Position numbers and translations under genes: made by a program. DNA of 63,957 nt, counting the filler, from Caldilineae bacterium (GTDB taxonomy: Bacteria; Chloroflexota; Anaerolineae; DTLA01): the NCBI GenBank assembly GCA_037446815.1. It is 9 parts of 9 records of this genome, joined end to end, with 100 filler letters (N's around TTAATTAATTAA, not from the genome) between each part and the next. Parts side by side here need not be neighbours in the genome. Positions count along the whole stretch, not along the records: positions 44,932 to 52,153 come from JBBIHX010000147.1; positions 52,254 to 59,446 come from JBBIHX010000148.1; 7 more parts are not named here. The stretch is one strand, 5' to 3'. The notes under the pieces are model-generated. The model had not been told where the DNA came from. It made no database searches and worked only from the letters and a program-made list of their open reading frames with translations. Every line of letters starts with the position of its first letter. The first letter of the stretch is position 1. Below are positions 47,195 through 57,082 of the stretch, piece after piece.

Positions 47195-48475
47195 CTACGC
47201 TTTCGGATTGAGCACCCGCCCGACGAACAGGATGGTCCCCGTCTGGATGTCGCGGATGAGGAAAACGAAAGGCCGATCCACCGTCAGGTCCACAGGGCTT
47301 GCGGGCATGGCCGTCAGCCCGATAATCACCGCAGTGGCAGCAGCCGCCTCGGTGCCCGCCTCGTCCACGGCCACGAATGCCTTGTGGAACACATCGGTAA
47401 TCGCAAGGTTGCGCGTCCCGTCCATCCCCGAGAAATCCGCGTCGGTGCTGAAGGCATCGGGCATGCCCATCGCCTTCAGCGTACCGGCCAGGCTCAAAGT
47501 GGAATCGTACTTGAAGCGGGGCATGGTCAGGTTGACGCTGGTCGTCTCCATCCTCGCCAGGATGCCCGCGACGACCTCGGCGCTCAGCCCTTCCTCAAAA
47601 GCCGCGAACGTCCCCCTATCCGGCACCAGGAGCACCATGGACACCTCGCCGCCGTCGTAGGGCAGTTCCACCGCCTGCACCCCCTCGCCCGCGAAGTAGC
47701 GCAGGTGCTTATCCAGGCGCATCATCGGCACGACAACCTGGGAGCCGTCCAGCAGGTAGAAAGGCCCGTCCTGTGTGGCATCCTTCTCAAAGGGATACAT
47801 CCACGCCGCGTTGAAGTAGATGGCGTTGGCGAGCACCAGCCGCGTGAGCGCGTCAATCGCGCCCTGGGGAATCAAGTCCCGAATCTTGCCCTCGGTTTGG
47901 TTGGCAACCCAGTCGTTGATGGTCTCGCGGGCGACATCGGGCGACTTCTGGAAGTCAACCAGCCGCAGGCCCGCGCCGTAGTTCTCGGCCAGGGTGTCCA
48001 GGAATGCGGGCAGGAACTTGTACCCCGCCTGCCCCCACAGCGAATTGGCGATATTCAGGCGGAACGGCTGCCCATCCTTGGCCTTGGCTCCCGCGCCGCG
48101 GCTGGCCAGCGCCTGGTCCAGCGCATTGAACGCGGGGTGCAAACGCGCCTGCTCCAGCCTGAAGCGGAGCACCTCGGCCATCTGGCGCTCGGTTTCGCCC
48201 CGCGCCCCTGCGTAGGTCATGGCCAGCGCCACCGAGATGCTGTACGGCGAGTAGAACAGATTGCCCGGCTCTTTCCGAATGGCCTGGTACAGGTCAAACG
48301 CAAAGGCGCTGTTGCCCGCCACCAGTGCCTCCAATTCCGACGCGGCCACGTCGGGCGACTGCACGCGCGGCTTGTCCGATTGCGCAACCTGGGCTTGCGC
48401 GGGCCTGCTCGGCGCGCACGCGGTCAAGCCCAGCAAGACGAGTATCAGCATCACGTTGAGCCATGGGATTCTCAT
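47195..48475 (-). CDS. Serpin, predicted lipoprotein
   Basis: LTAC lipobox; NLFYSPYSI, LVLANAIYF, hinge EAGTEAAAAT, VDRPF, ILFVGRVLNP. Confidence 0.93.
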   Translation of the reverse strand: MRIPWLNVMLILVLLGLTACAPSRPAQAQVAQSDKPRVQSPDVAASELEALVAGNSAFAFDLYQAIRKEPGNLFYSPYSISVALAMTYAGARGETERQMAEVLRFRLEQARLHPAFNALDQALASRGAGAKAKDGQPFRLNIANSLWGQAGYKFLPAFLDTLAENYGAGLRLVDFQKSPDVARETINDWVANQTEGKIRDLIPQGAIDALTRLVLANAIYFNAAWMYPFEKDATQDGPFYLLDGSQVVVPMMRLDKHLRYFAGEGVQAVELPYDGGEVSMVLLVPDRGTFAAFEEGLSAEVVAGILARMETTSVNLTMPRFKYDSTLSLAGTLKAMGMPDAFSTDADFSGMDGTRNLAITDVFHKAFVAVDEAGTEAAAATAVIIGLTAMPASPVDLTVDRPFVFLIRDIQTGTILFVGRVLNPKA

Positions 48476-48592
48476 CGCACCCCTCCTCGCGGAACCTCGT
48501 TGCCCAGGCGGAAACGCCTCGGCTATGTGCAAGACGCAGGCGCGGCGCGAAAGGTTCCCCATCCCCGCGCACCCTCGCCCCCACAACCGTCA

Positions 48593-48692
48593 NNNNNNNN
48601 NNNNNNNNNNNNNNNNNNNNNNNNNNNNNNNNNNNNNNNNNNNNNNNNNNNNNNNNNNNNNNNNNNNNNNNNNNNNNNNNNNNNNNNNNNNN
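48593..48692. other. Scaffold gap (100 N, no linker) inside a repeat cluster
   Basis: N100 between CACAACCGTCA and ACCCGAGGCCCTTCG, two halves of a REP module. Confidence 0.9.
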
Positions 48693-48925
48693 ACCCGAGG
48701 CCCTTCGCCTCGCTCAGGGTGACAGGATCGGCCCCGCTCCCTCGCCCGCTGGGAGAGGGCTGGGGTGAGGGCTACGCTCCCTCGCCCACGGCAATCTGTC
48801 ATTCCGAGCGGCGCAGCCGCGAAGAATCTCGCAACCCGAGACCCTTCGCTTCGCCCAGGGTGACAGGGTCAGGCTGCGTTCCCCCCGCGCCGCCTCTCAG
48901 CGCGGCGGCTTCAGCCCCGCGCCGC
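48693..48925. repeat. Mosaic REP-like cluster
   Basis: CCCTCGCCC..GGGAGAGGG, GTCATTCCGAG...GGTGACA and GCGCGGCGGCTTCAGCCCCGCGC modules. Confidence 0.75.
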
Positions 48926-49026
48926 CGCGCTCTCAGCAACCGCCACAGGTTGACCTTTCGCCATTCTGTGGTATCCTACGGCGCGCATCTTTTCACCACG
49001 TCGCGCATCCAAAGGAGTAGAAATCC

Positions 49027-49608
49027 GTGCCCGATGAAGCGGCGCTCCTGCAACGACTGCGGCAAGGCGAACCCGCGGCCTACCGCGAACTGGTGGATAC
49101 CTACTCGCCCCGCGTGTACCGTTTGGCGCTGGGCATGTTGGGCGACCCCGCCGAGGCCGAGGACGCCCTGCAAGAGACGTTCCTCAGCGTCTATCGCAAC
49201 ATCGGCGGGTTCCGTGGCGATTCGGGCCTCGGCACGTGGATCTACCGTATCGCGGCCAACGCCAGCCTGATGCGCCTGCGCCGCCGCAAGGACACCGCCT
49301 CGTTGGATGAAACGATGGAGGACGGCGCAGAGCCGAAGGTGGCGCCGTCGGGCGGGTTCTGGTTCTGGGATCCCGAGGAGGCAGCCTTGAGCGCCGAGGT
49401 GCGCCAGGTCATGGCCCAGGCCATCGCTGGCCTCCCCGAGGCCCTGCGCATCGTGTTCCTGATGCGCGACGTGGAGGACATGCCCGCGGCGGAGGTGGCC
49501 GAGGCGCTGGGAATCACCGTCGCGGCGGTGAAATCGCGCCTTCACCGCGCGCGCATGTTCCTGCGCGACCGCCTGTATCCGTACCTTGCCGACCGGGAGA
49601 CGAGATGA
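49027..49608 (+). CDS. ECF sigma factor
   Basis: AEDALQETFL, F.GDS.L.TWIYRIA.N, EVAEALG...AVKSRLHRAR. Confidence 0.92.
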   Translation: MPDEAALLQRLRQGEPAAYRELVDTYSPRVYRLALGMLGDPAEAEDALQETFLSVYRNIGGFRGDSGLGTWIYRIAANASLMRLRRRKDTASLDETMEDGAEPKVAPSGGFWFWDPEEAALSAEVRQVMAQAIAGLPEALRIVFLMRDVEDMPAAEVAEALGITVAAVKSRLHRARMFLRDRLYPYLADRETR

Positions 49609-49853
49609 GTCAAGACGCCCACTGTCGCCAACTGTTGCACCGCATCTGCGAGTACATGGACGGCGAACTGGACGCCGGAACATGCGCCCAACTGGAAGCG
49701 CACCTGGCCGAATGTCCCGACTGCCGCACGCTCCTGGACAGTCTGCGCAAGACCGTTGCGCTGTACCGCCGCTGCGTGCCCGACGACCTGCCCCCCGACG
49801 TCCGCGCGCGGCTCCACGCGGCGCTGAACCTGGACACGCCCGACGCCGATTGA
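49605..49853 (+). CDS. Soluble ZAS-type anti-sigma factor
   Basis: C...EYMDGEL...HLAECPDC (HxxxCxxC); ATGA overlap with the sigma gene. Confidence 0.9.
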   Translation: MSQDAHCRQLLHRICEYMDGELDAGTCAQLEAHLAECPDCRTLLDSLRKTVALYRRCVPDDLPPDVRARLHAALNLDTPDAD

Positions 49854-49857
49854 CCCG

Positions 49858-50709
49858 CTACGCCGCTGCTGTCCCTCGGCAAGCCGCAGGCCGGACATCA
49901 CTGCGACGCCACAGCGCCGCGACCGCCGCCAGGTACGCCCCATAGGCCACCACCTCCAGGAGCGAAGGATTGCCGTTGTAGCCGAACAGTCCCCGCAGGA
50001 TGCTGCCCAAGGCTCCCCTTTCGTGGAGGATTGGGTACGGGCCGCCATCGGGCGCGGGAGGGTTGATGTCCCACACGTGCTCTACCACCGTCGGCAGCAC
50101 ACCGGCCTCCTGCAGTTCGTGCACCCCCATACCCACCAGGCCGGCAGCAAACAGGATGAGCAACACGTTCGTAACGGCGAAGAACGACCGCAGGCTGATC
50201 TTCAGCGACCCGACGAAGAGCGCATAACCCAGGGCCACGGCCGCGACGAGACCCGCCACGGCTCCGATGAGGTTGTTCTCGGGCGAGGCCAGACTGGCGG
50301 CGCTGAGGAACAGCACCGTCTCTATCCCCTCGCGCAGGATGGCCACAAAGACCACCCCAAACAGTCCCGCGCGGCTAGGCCCACGAAGGCTTGCGGCCAC
50401 CCTCGCCTCCAGTTCGGCGGCGATATGACGCTGGCGCATCATCCAGAGGATCATCGTCGTGAGCAGCGCCGCGCCCACGAGCATGATCACCCCCTCAAAC
50501 AACTCCTCGGCGCGGCCCTCAAACCCGCCCGCCCATCGGACGAACAGAAACGCGCCCAGACCGCTGGCCCCGACGCCCGCCGCGATTGCCGCGTACACCA
50601 CGCGATTGTGCCGCGTCAGGCCGGTGCGCGCCAGGTATCCTAGCACGATGCCCACCACCAGCGCAGCCTCCAACACTTCCCGAAACGTGATCAAGAAACT
50701 CGCTACCAT
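49858..50709 (-). CDS. FTR1/EfeU family iron permease
   Basis: Two RExxE motifs (REVLE, REGIE); GVHELQEAG, LFGY. Confidence 0.9.
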   Translation of the reverse strand: MVASFLITFREVLEAALVVGIVLGYLARTGLTRHNRVVYAAIAAGVGASGLGAFLFVRWAGGFEGRAEELFEGVIMLVGAALLTTMILWMMRQRHIAAELEARVAASLRGPSRAGLFGVVFVAILREGIETVLFLSAASLASPENNLIGAVAGLVAAVALGYALFVGSLKISLRSFFAVTNVLLILFAAGLVGMGVHELQEAGVLPTVVEHVWDINPPAPDGGPYPILHERGALGSILRGLFGYNGNPSLLEVVAYGAYLAAVAALWRRSDVRPAACRGTAAA

Positions 50710-50710
50710 T

Positions 50711-50762
50711 GTCCTGCTCCTATATGGCTCGGCCTCCGAGGAGGAGGACCTCGGAGGCCGAG
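50711..50762 (-). promoter_or_regulatory. 5'-UTR hairpin with anti-SD loop upstream of FTR1
   Basis: 14-bp perfect stem 50728-50741/50749-50762; loop region complementary (10/11) to the SD region at 50711-50721. Confidence 0.45.
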
Positions 50763-50854
50763 ATACGGAAGGTCTATGCACAGAACAGTATACAACGGCA
50801 TCGCCCAGGGCAGAAGCGTCGTTTGGCCTGTCGCCGATAGGCCAAATGGCGGGG

Positions 50855-52081
50855 CTAGAACTCCCAGTCCGGGTGCGGCTCAGGCAGGCGCAGCACCGCG
50901 TCCAACTCGTGCAGCAACCCCTCCGGCCCCGACAAGGCGTCGGTAACAGCCAGACTGCTGGCGGGCCGCACCCCAAACCACAAGCGCGTGAAGGCGTTGA
51001 CCGTCGCCGTCAGGGTCGGCAGCGACGAATCCACGCCCCGCTCGGCCCCCGACGCCGGGCCAAGCGTTACCACGTAGTCGCCGCCCACGCCGCGCCAACC
51101 GGCCTTCTCGCCCAGGTAGCGCTCTATCGGATCCGTCAGGCGCAGGTTGAACCGCACCTCGCCCCACGGCAAGCGGGTGCGCTCCAGGCAGCCGGCCAGG
51201 TCGCAGATGCGCATCTGCCAGTAGGCGGTGGCGCTCGTCGCGTTTTCCATATCGCTGCCGCGCGTCGCCCGCCGGCTGCGGAACGGGTGCTCCAGCAGGT
51301 CCTGGAACTGGATGCCTGGCGGCTCGCGGAGTTGCACCAAGAGCACCTGATCGCCCCAGGCCCGCACCAGCGCCATGAGTTCCAGAAACTGCGCAGGCGT
51401 TTGGTACGCCAGCCATAGGATGCGGTATGGGCCTATCTCCCGATTGACCGGCACGCACCACAGGTGATGCGTGAGAGCGCCGGCGGGGCCATCGGCATAG
51501 CCCAGCCCAAACCCGCCGTGCTCAAGCATTTCTCCCAGCGTCATGCCGAGCGGCGGGAAATTGATGCTCCCATGCCCGCGGCGGCGCGCCAGCCGCGAAG
51601 CATGCATGGCAGGCGCGTCGTCCATGCCCAGGCGGCGCGGAACCCGAGGGCGCGCGCTCACCCGGAGATCGGCCGGGTTGAATCGGACGGTGTGCTCATA
51701 CCCGCCCGTGCCAAAGCCGAGGGTGTCGTAGAACCCCTGGTCAAACATCCCCAGCCCCGCCACGAGAGCGCCCTCGGCAGCCGCCTGTGCCACGGCGTGG
51801 GCCGTAACCCGCCGCGCCAGGCCCTGCTTCCGCGCCACGTAACTGGTAGCAACCGCCGCCACGCCGCAGAAGGGCAGGTCGTCGCCCAGGTAGCGGATGG
51901 CGCCGGGGGCAATGGATACGGAGCATTCGGCGCGGCCATGGACGTCGGCCACAAAGGTTTGACCCGCCGCAAGCATGGTATCCACGGCCTGCTCCTTGCC
52001 CTCCTTGAGCCATCCGGTCTCCCACCAGATGCGAAGCACGGCGTCGCGGTCTTTGGTCGGATTGTACAGGCGAATCGTCAT
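50855..52081 (-). CDS. Eis-like GNAT acetyltransferase
   Basis: VAT...RKQGLA acetyl-CoA motif, GFY..LGFG, MRICDL..CLE, SCP2-like C-terminus. Confidence 0.8.
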   Translation of the reverse strand: MTIRLYNPTKDRDAVLRIWWETGWLKEGKEQAVDTMLAAGQTFVADVHGRAECSVSIAPGAIRYLGDDLPFCGVAAVATSYVARKQGLARRVTAHAVAQAAAEGALVAGLGMFDQGFYDTLGFGTGGYEHTVRFNPADLRVSARPRVPRRLGMDDAPAMHASRLARRRGHGSINFPPLGMTLGEMLEHGGFGLGYADGPAGALTHHLWCVPVNREIGPYRILWLAYQTPAQFLELMALVRAWGDQVLLVQLREPPGIQFQDLLEHPFRSRRATRGSDMENATSATAYWQMRICDLAGCLERTRLPWGEVRFNLRLTDPIERYLGEKAGWRGVGGDYVVTLGPASGAERGVDSSLPTLTATVNAFTRLWFGVRPASSLAVTDALSGPEGLLHELDAVLRLPEPHPDWEF

Positions 52082-52153
52082 AGCAAGCACCTTTCAGGCG
52101 AATTGTGCGGGGCGCGCGGATCTCCCGCAGGCGCAAGGGGCATTGTACCAGCG

Positions 52154-52253
52154 NNNNNNNNNNNNNNNNNNNNNNNNNNNNNNNNNNNNNNNNNNNNTTA
52201 ATTAATTAANNNNNNNNNNNNNNNNNNNNNNNNNNNNNNNNNNNNNNNNNNNN
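52154..52253. other. Artificial contig linker
   Basis: N44-TTAATTAATTAA-N44. Confidence 0.98.
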
Positions 52254-52669
52254 GCGGGGAAGCGGTACTCGTCGGGCTGCTCGTAGTTGTACAGCCGATC
52301 GGGGACATTCACGATGAGCGTCATCTCCGTGCTGATGCCCTTGAACCCGTGCAGCACGCCGGGCGGTATCGTGAGCAGCGTAGGGTTCTGCTCGCCGATG
52401 AAGAACTCGTTGATCTCGCCCCGCGTGGGCGAACCCTCGCGGTTGTCGTACAGCACGACCTTGGCCATCCCCTTCACGCAGATGAAATGGTCGGTCTGCA
52501 ATTTGTGATAGTGCCAGCCCTTGACCACGCCCGGGTACACGGCGGTAACGTACACCTGGCCGAACTGCTCAAACTCCTCCCAATCGGAGCGGAACATCTC
52601 CATGAGATAGCCCCGCTCGTCGGGGATGAGCCGCAGTTTTCGTGTCTTCACGCCGTCTATCATCGTCAT
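52254..52669 (-). CDS. dTDP-4-dehydrorhamnose 3,5-epimerase family (RmlC-like cupin), 3'-truncated
   Basis: DERGYLME, PGVVKGWHYH, D.REGSPT, IPPGVLHGF. Confidence 0.88.
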
Positions 52670-52688
52670 CCTCCGTGAATGCTGGGTT

Positions 52689-52774
52689 CACCGCAGGGTG
52701 TAGGGGCAGGTCTCAGACCTGCCCCTACGAGACCAGCCCCTGCTCCTCTCTGCGCCCTCTGGGCCTCCGCGGTG
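52689..52774. repeat. GTAG REP nested in a CACCGC...GCGGTG element
   Basis: GTAGGGGCAGGTCTCAGACCTGCCCCTAC (52700-52728) between CACCGC and CTCTCTGCGCCCTCTGGGCCTCCGCGGTG. Confidence 0.7.
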
Positions 52775-52783
52775 AGTTACACC

Positions 52784-53551
52784 CTACCGCCGCGCGACAA
52801 AAATCATGTTCTCCGACAGCGCCTCATAGGGCTCCAGGTCGGCGGAGCCGTACACGGCCTCCACCGTAAACCCCGCCCGCTCCAGCAGCAATTCCATCTC
52901 AAACCGGAACACATAGCGCAATTCCGTGCGCAGGGTGGTGCGATGGACGCAACCATCGGCCCCCACCTCGTCGTAGATGAGGGTGATGTACTGCATTTGC
53001 CGGGCGTGGTCAAATCGCACCGAGGTGAACTTCTGCACCGTCCGGCCGCTGACCTCATCCCGCAACTCGCTCTGCAGCGACAGCGCCTCGCCTGCCGGAA
53101 TCAGCAGCATGGCGAGGGGCGACGCCACGTCCACGATGAGTCGCCCGCCTGGGGCCAGGTGCCGATAGGCGCTCCCCAGCGCGGCCAGTTGGTCGGCCTG
53201 CGTCGTCATGTGCATGAACGTGTTCAGCGGGCAGAGGGCCAGCGCGAACTCCCGCCCCAAGGCCAGCCGCCGCATGTCCGCCTGGACCACCTGGACGCGG
53301 GCGGCCACATCGGGCGGCTCCTGCGCCAGTTTGGCCCGCAGCGCCGCCAGCATGTCCGGCGAGATGTCCACCGCCGCCACCTGGTGCCCATCCCGCGCCA
53401 GAGGGAGCGCCACGCGGCCCGTCCCGCACCCCAATTCCAGCACCGTCCCGCCCATCTGCGCGGCGAACTGTCGGTACATCTCCACGTCATCGCGGACCGA
53501 CGCATGGTCCAAGTCGTAGAACCGCGCCAGGTCGTCAAAGAAGTCCGTCAT
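52784..53551 (-). CDS. Class I SAM-dependent methyltransferase
   Basis: VLELGCGTGR, VDIS..ML, ADMR, HLAPGG.LIVD. Confidence 0.9.
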   Translation of the reverse strand: MTDFFDDLARFYDLDHASVRDDVEMYRQFAAQMGGTVLELGCGTGRVALPLARDGHQVAAVDISPDMLAALRAKLAQEPPDVAARVQVVQADMRRLALGREFALALCPLNTFMHMTTQADQLAALGSAYRHLAPGGRLIVDVASPLAMLLIPAGEALSLQSELRDEVSGRTVQKFTSVRFDHARQMQYITLIYDEVGADGCVHRTTLRTELRYVFRFEMELLLERAGFTVEAVYGSADLEPYEALSENMIFVARR

Positions 53552-53576
53552 CGTCTGTCCTTGCCAAGACTGCCGT

Positions 53577-53969
53577 CTACTTGCCGCCCAAATCCGCCTG
53601 GGTGAACGCGCCTGGGAGCAGGTCGGGCAGCCGATACGTGCGGGTGTTCCCGTGCGCGTCGGCCACGATGACGCGCATGTTGGGGCCGAATTCGGCCAGC
53701 ACCTGACGACACGCGCCGCAGGGCAACACGCCGTTGTCCGTAACTACGGCGATGGCCTCAAATTCGCGTTCGCCCTCGGTTACCGCCTTGAACGCGGCAA
53801 CGCGCTCGGCGCACACCGATAGGCCATACGAGGCATTCTCCACGTTCGCGCCCGTGAACACACGCCCCGACCGCGTGAGGAGCGCCGCGCCCACGCGATA
53901 GGCCGAGTAGGGAACGTAGGCGTGTTCCCGCGCTTCTCCTGCTGCCCGCACCAGTTCCTTGTCGTCCAC
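53577..53969 (-). CDS. cdd: Cytidine deaminase
   Basis: AYVPYS.YRVGAA, NVENASY, CAER, PCGACRQ. Confidence 0.93.
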   Translation of the reverse strand: MDDKELVRAAGEAREHAYVPYSAYRVGAALLTRSGRVFTGANVENASYGLSVCAERVAAFKAVTEGEREFEAIAVVTDNGVLPCGACRQVLAEFGPNMRVIVADAHGNTRTYRLPDLLPGAFTQADLGGK

Positions 53970-53976
53970 GATCGTC

Positions 53977-55326
53977 TCACCTCTGAGCATCGGATTCGTC
54001 TTCGGGCACAACCTCGTGCCCCTGGGGTTCGGCGCGGGCGACGCGCACCTTGCGGATGCGCCGTCCGGCCACAGACAACACCGTGATGGTCAGGTCGCCC
54101 ACACGGATTTCGTCGCCCACCGCCGCCACCCGTCCCAGTTGCGTGTAGATGAACCCGCCCAGGGTATCCCCGCCCGTATCGGGCAGTTCCACCCGCAGCA
54201 GGTCGTTGACGTCGTCCAGGTTCACGCCTGCGTCAAAGATGAATTCGTTGTCGCTCACCCGCTCTACCGTCGGCTCCTCGGCATCGTACTCGTCCTGGAT
54301 TTCGCCGACGATCTCCTCCAGCAGGTCTTCCACCGTAACCAGCCCCGCCGTCCCGCCATACTCGTCCACCACGATGGCCATATGCACCCGCCGCGCCTGC
54401 AACTCGCGCAGCAGATCGTCCACCTTCTTGGTCTCGGGCACAAAGTAGGCGGGGCGCAGGATGCTGGTCAGGGGCACGTTGTGCTTGCCGTCCCGCAGAT
54501 ACACGAGCAAGTCCTTGGCGTACAGCAAGCCGATGATGTTGTCAATGGAGCCTTGATACACCGGGATGCGCGAATGCCCCTCTTTCATCACCACGTCCAG
54601 CGCCTGGAGAAGGGGCGTGTCGGCGTCCACGGCGACGATGTCAATGCGCGGCACCATGACCTCGCGCGCCAGCGTGTCGCCGAATTCAAAGATGGAGTAA
54701 ATCATCTCCTTCTCGTCTTCCTCAATGACGCCGCCTTCCTCGCCCGCGTCCACCATCGCCTTGATTTCGTCCTGGGTAACGAAGGGCATGTTGCTGGGCG
54801 CTTGCGCTCCCAAGGCCGCCGAAATCCTGTTGGTGAGAAAGACCAGCGCGCTCACCACAGGCGCGAAGATGCGGGCCAGCAGGTCTATGGGCACCGCCAC
54901 GGCGAAGGCGATGCGCTCCGCGTGCTTCAGCGCCAGGTTCTTCGGCACCAGTTCGCCCAACAGGAGCATGACGAGGGCCAATGCCAGCGTGATGAGGAGC
55001 GTCGCGATCCCCTGCGCGTTCGCCTGAATGAACGCCGCGGGGATACCCGCCAGCGCCTGCGCCAGCGGCCCCGACAGGCTCACGGCGGCGGTGGCTGCGG
55101 CCAGGAATCCCACCAGCGTAACGCCCACCTGAATCGTCGCCAGCAAGCGGCTGGAGTCGGTCGCGAGGCGCTCCACCACCCGCGCCGTCCGATTCCCCTC
55201 CTCCACCTTGTGGCGCAGGCGCACCTTGTTGAGGGTAACGATCGCCATCTCCGAAGCCGCGAAGAAGGCATTGAGGGCGATCATCACGGCCAGCAGAATC
55301 AACTCACGCGCTGCTGAACTGCTCAC
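53977..55326 (-). CDS. CNNM/HlyC-CorC family (DUF21-CBS-CorC) transporter
   Basis: [57 protein letters not shown]. Confidence 0.92.
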   Translation of the reverse strand: MSSSAARELILLAVMIALNAFFAASEMAIVTLNKVRLRHKVEEGNRTARVVERLATDSSRLLATIQVGVTLVGFLAAATAAVSLSGPLAQALAGIPAAFIQANAQGIATLLITLALALVMLLLGELVPKNLALKHAERIAFAVAVPIDLLARIFAPVVSALVFLTNRISAALGAQAPSNMPFVTQDEIKAMVDAGEEGGVIEEDEKEMIYSIFEFGDTLAREVMVPRIDIVAVDADTPLLQALDVVMKEGHSRIPVYQGSIDNIIGLLYAKDLLVYLRDGKHNVPLTSILRPAYFVPETKKVDDLLRELQARRVHMAIVVDEYGGTAGLVTVEDLLEEIVGEIQDEYDAEEPTVERVSDNEFIFDAGVNLDDVNDLLRVELPDTGGDTLGGFIYTQLGRVAAVGDEIRVGDLTITVLSVAGRRIRKVRVARAEPQGHEVVPEDESDAQR

Positions 55327-56714
55327 GAATCAGACTCCTGCTCTGCGGGCTGCTCCGACGGCGGGGCCGCGTCCGATGGCGCGCTGCGCACGCGCGCCGG
55401 CACGCCGTAGGCGATGGCCCCCGACGGAACGTCGCGGGTAACCACAGACCCCGCGCCCGTCTTCGCGCCCTTGCCGATGCGCACGGGCGCGACCAGCATG
55501 GTGTCGCTGCCGATGAACGCGCCTTCTTCAATCACCGTCTTGTGCTTCCGTTCCCCGTCAAAGTTGCACGTGATGGTCCCCGCCCCGATGTTCACGTCGG
55601 CCCCCACCTCGGCGTCCCCGAGGTAACTGAAATGGCCCATCTTGGTCCCCGGCCCCAGGTACGAATTCTTCACCTCGCCGAAGTTCCCCATGTGCACGCC
55701 GGTCGCCAGGTGCGCGCCCTTGCGTAGGTGCGCGAACGGGCCGATGTCCACCCGATCCTCCAGCACGGCTTCTTCTACGACAGATGCCTCCACCTTGCAG
55801 TCGTCCCCGATAAGCGAATCGCGCACCACCGTGTTGGGCCCGATGCGGCAGCGCGCGCCGATGCGGGTCTTGCCCTGCAGGTGCGTGTTGGCGAAGATCA
55901 CCGTGTCCGCGCCGATCTCCACGTCGGCGTCCACGTAGATGCTGGCGGGATCCTGGAACGTAACGCCGCTGAACATGAGACGCTCGGCGATGCGTTTGCG
56001 AGCGATGGCTTCGGCCCGCGCCAGGTGCGTGCGGTCGTTGATGCCCAGCATCTGCTCCGCGTCGTCGGTGGTAACGGCCTCCACGCGCCGCCCCTGTGCC
56101 ACGGCCATCTCCACCACATCCGTCAGGAAGAACTCGCCTTTGGGGCTTTTGCGCAGGTTGGCGATGTTGTCCCACAGCCAATCGCCCTGGAAGCAGTAGA
56201 CGCCGCAGTTGAGTTCGCGGATGCGCCTCTGCTCGGGCGTAGCCACCGACTCCTCCACAATCCCGACGACGCGCCCCGCCGAATCCCGTAGGATGCGCCC
56301 GAACCCCATGGGGTCGTCGGCGATGAGCGTGAGAAGGGTCAGCGTGGCGCCCGTCGCGCCGTGCACGTCGGCGAGTTGGCGCAGGGTCTCCGCGCGCAAG
56401 AGGGGCATGTCGCCGTAGTACACCAGCACCGTCCCGCCCCGATCCCGCAGCAACGGCGCCGCCTGCATCACCGCGTGGCCGGTGCCCAGGGGTTCGGGCT
56501 GGGCCGCATAGAGCACGCCATCGCCCACCACGGCGCGCACCTGCTCGGCCCCGTGCCCCACGACGAGGACCGTGGCAGCGGCTCCCAGCGCGCGGGCGGT
56601 CTCCACGCCGTACAGCACCATGGGCCGCCCGGCAACGGGGTGCAGCATCTTGGGCAGGGCCGATTTCATGCGCGTCCCCAGCCCGGCGGCCAGAATCACA
56701 ACCGATAGACTCAT
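55323..56714 (-). CDS. glmU: Bifunctional UDP-GlcNAc pyrophosphorylase/glucosamine-1-P acetyltransferase
   Basis: ILAAGLGTRMKS..PK, Q.EPLGTGHAV, hexapeptide repeats, GHFSYLGD, GAGTITCNFDG. Confidence 0.96.
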   Translation of the reverse strand: MSLSVVILAAGLGTRMKSALPKMLHPVAGRPMVLYGVETARALGAAATVLVVGHGAEQVRAVVGDGVLYAAQPEPLGTGHAVMQAAPLLRDRGGTVLVYYGDMPLLRAETLRQLADVHGATGATLTLLTLIADDPMGFGRILRDSAGRVVGIVEESVATPEQRRIRELNCGVYCFQGDWLWDNIANLRKSPKGEFFLTDVVEMAVAQGRRVEAVTTDDAEQMLGINDRTHLARAEAIARKRIAERLMFSGVTFQDPASIYVDADVEIGADTVIFANTHLQGKTRIGARCRIGPNTVVRDSLIGDDCKVEASVVEEAVLEDRVDIGPFAHLRKGAHLATGVHMGNFGEVKNSYLGPGTKMGHFSYLGDAEVGADVNIGAGTITCNFDGERKHKTVIEEGAFIGSDTMLVAPVRIGKGAKTGAGSVVTRDVPSGAIAYGVPARVRSAPSDAAPPSEQPAEQESDS

Positions 56715-56944
56715 ACGCGCACCTCACGGGGATTTTCGGTGGCAGAGGTGGAAGCGGCGGACACGCGGGCAAATGCTAACAACAACGATGACCCAAACCG
56801 CAGCCCCACACCACCTGTGGGCCTGGGCCGGGCCACCGCGTCGGATGCTATGCTACGGCATGTTCGGTTGTCGCCAAACGAATACTCGTCCATCAAAAGA
56901 GTGGCGGGGATATGCCTCATACCGGCAGAGCCGGAAGAATCAGG

Positions 56945-57016
56945 CTGGGGCGGAAGGATTCGAACCTTCGAATCGCGGCTCCAAAGGCCGCTGCCTTTCC
57001 GCTTGGCGACGCCCCA
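56945..57016 (-). tRNA. tRNA-Gln(TTG)
   Basis: Acceptor TGGGGCG/CGCCCCA, anticodon arm GCGGC-CTTTGGA-GCCGC, T loop GGTTCGAATCC; followed by CCT, so CCA is not fully encoded. Confidence 0.95.
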
Positions 57017-57082
57017 GCGACCCACGCTATTATAGCACAGCCGCGCTTCTTTGCGCAAACCCGTCAGGGCGAGGCCCGCGCA

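Noticed and set aside
56715..56944. glmS ribozyme or known riboswitch before glmU
   Set aside because: No recognisable conserved core by eye.
56945..57016. tRNA-anchored integrative element
   Set aside because: No integrase and no duplicated tRNA 3' end; glmU follows directly.
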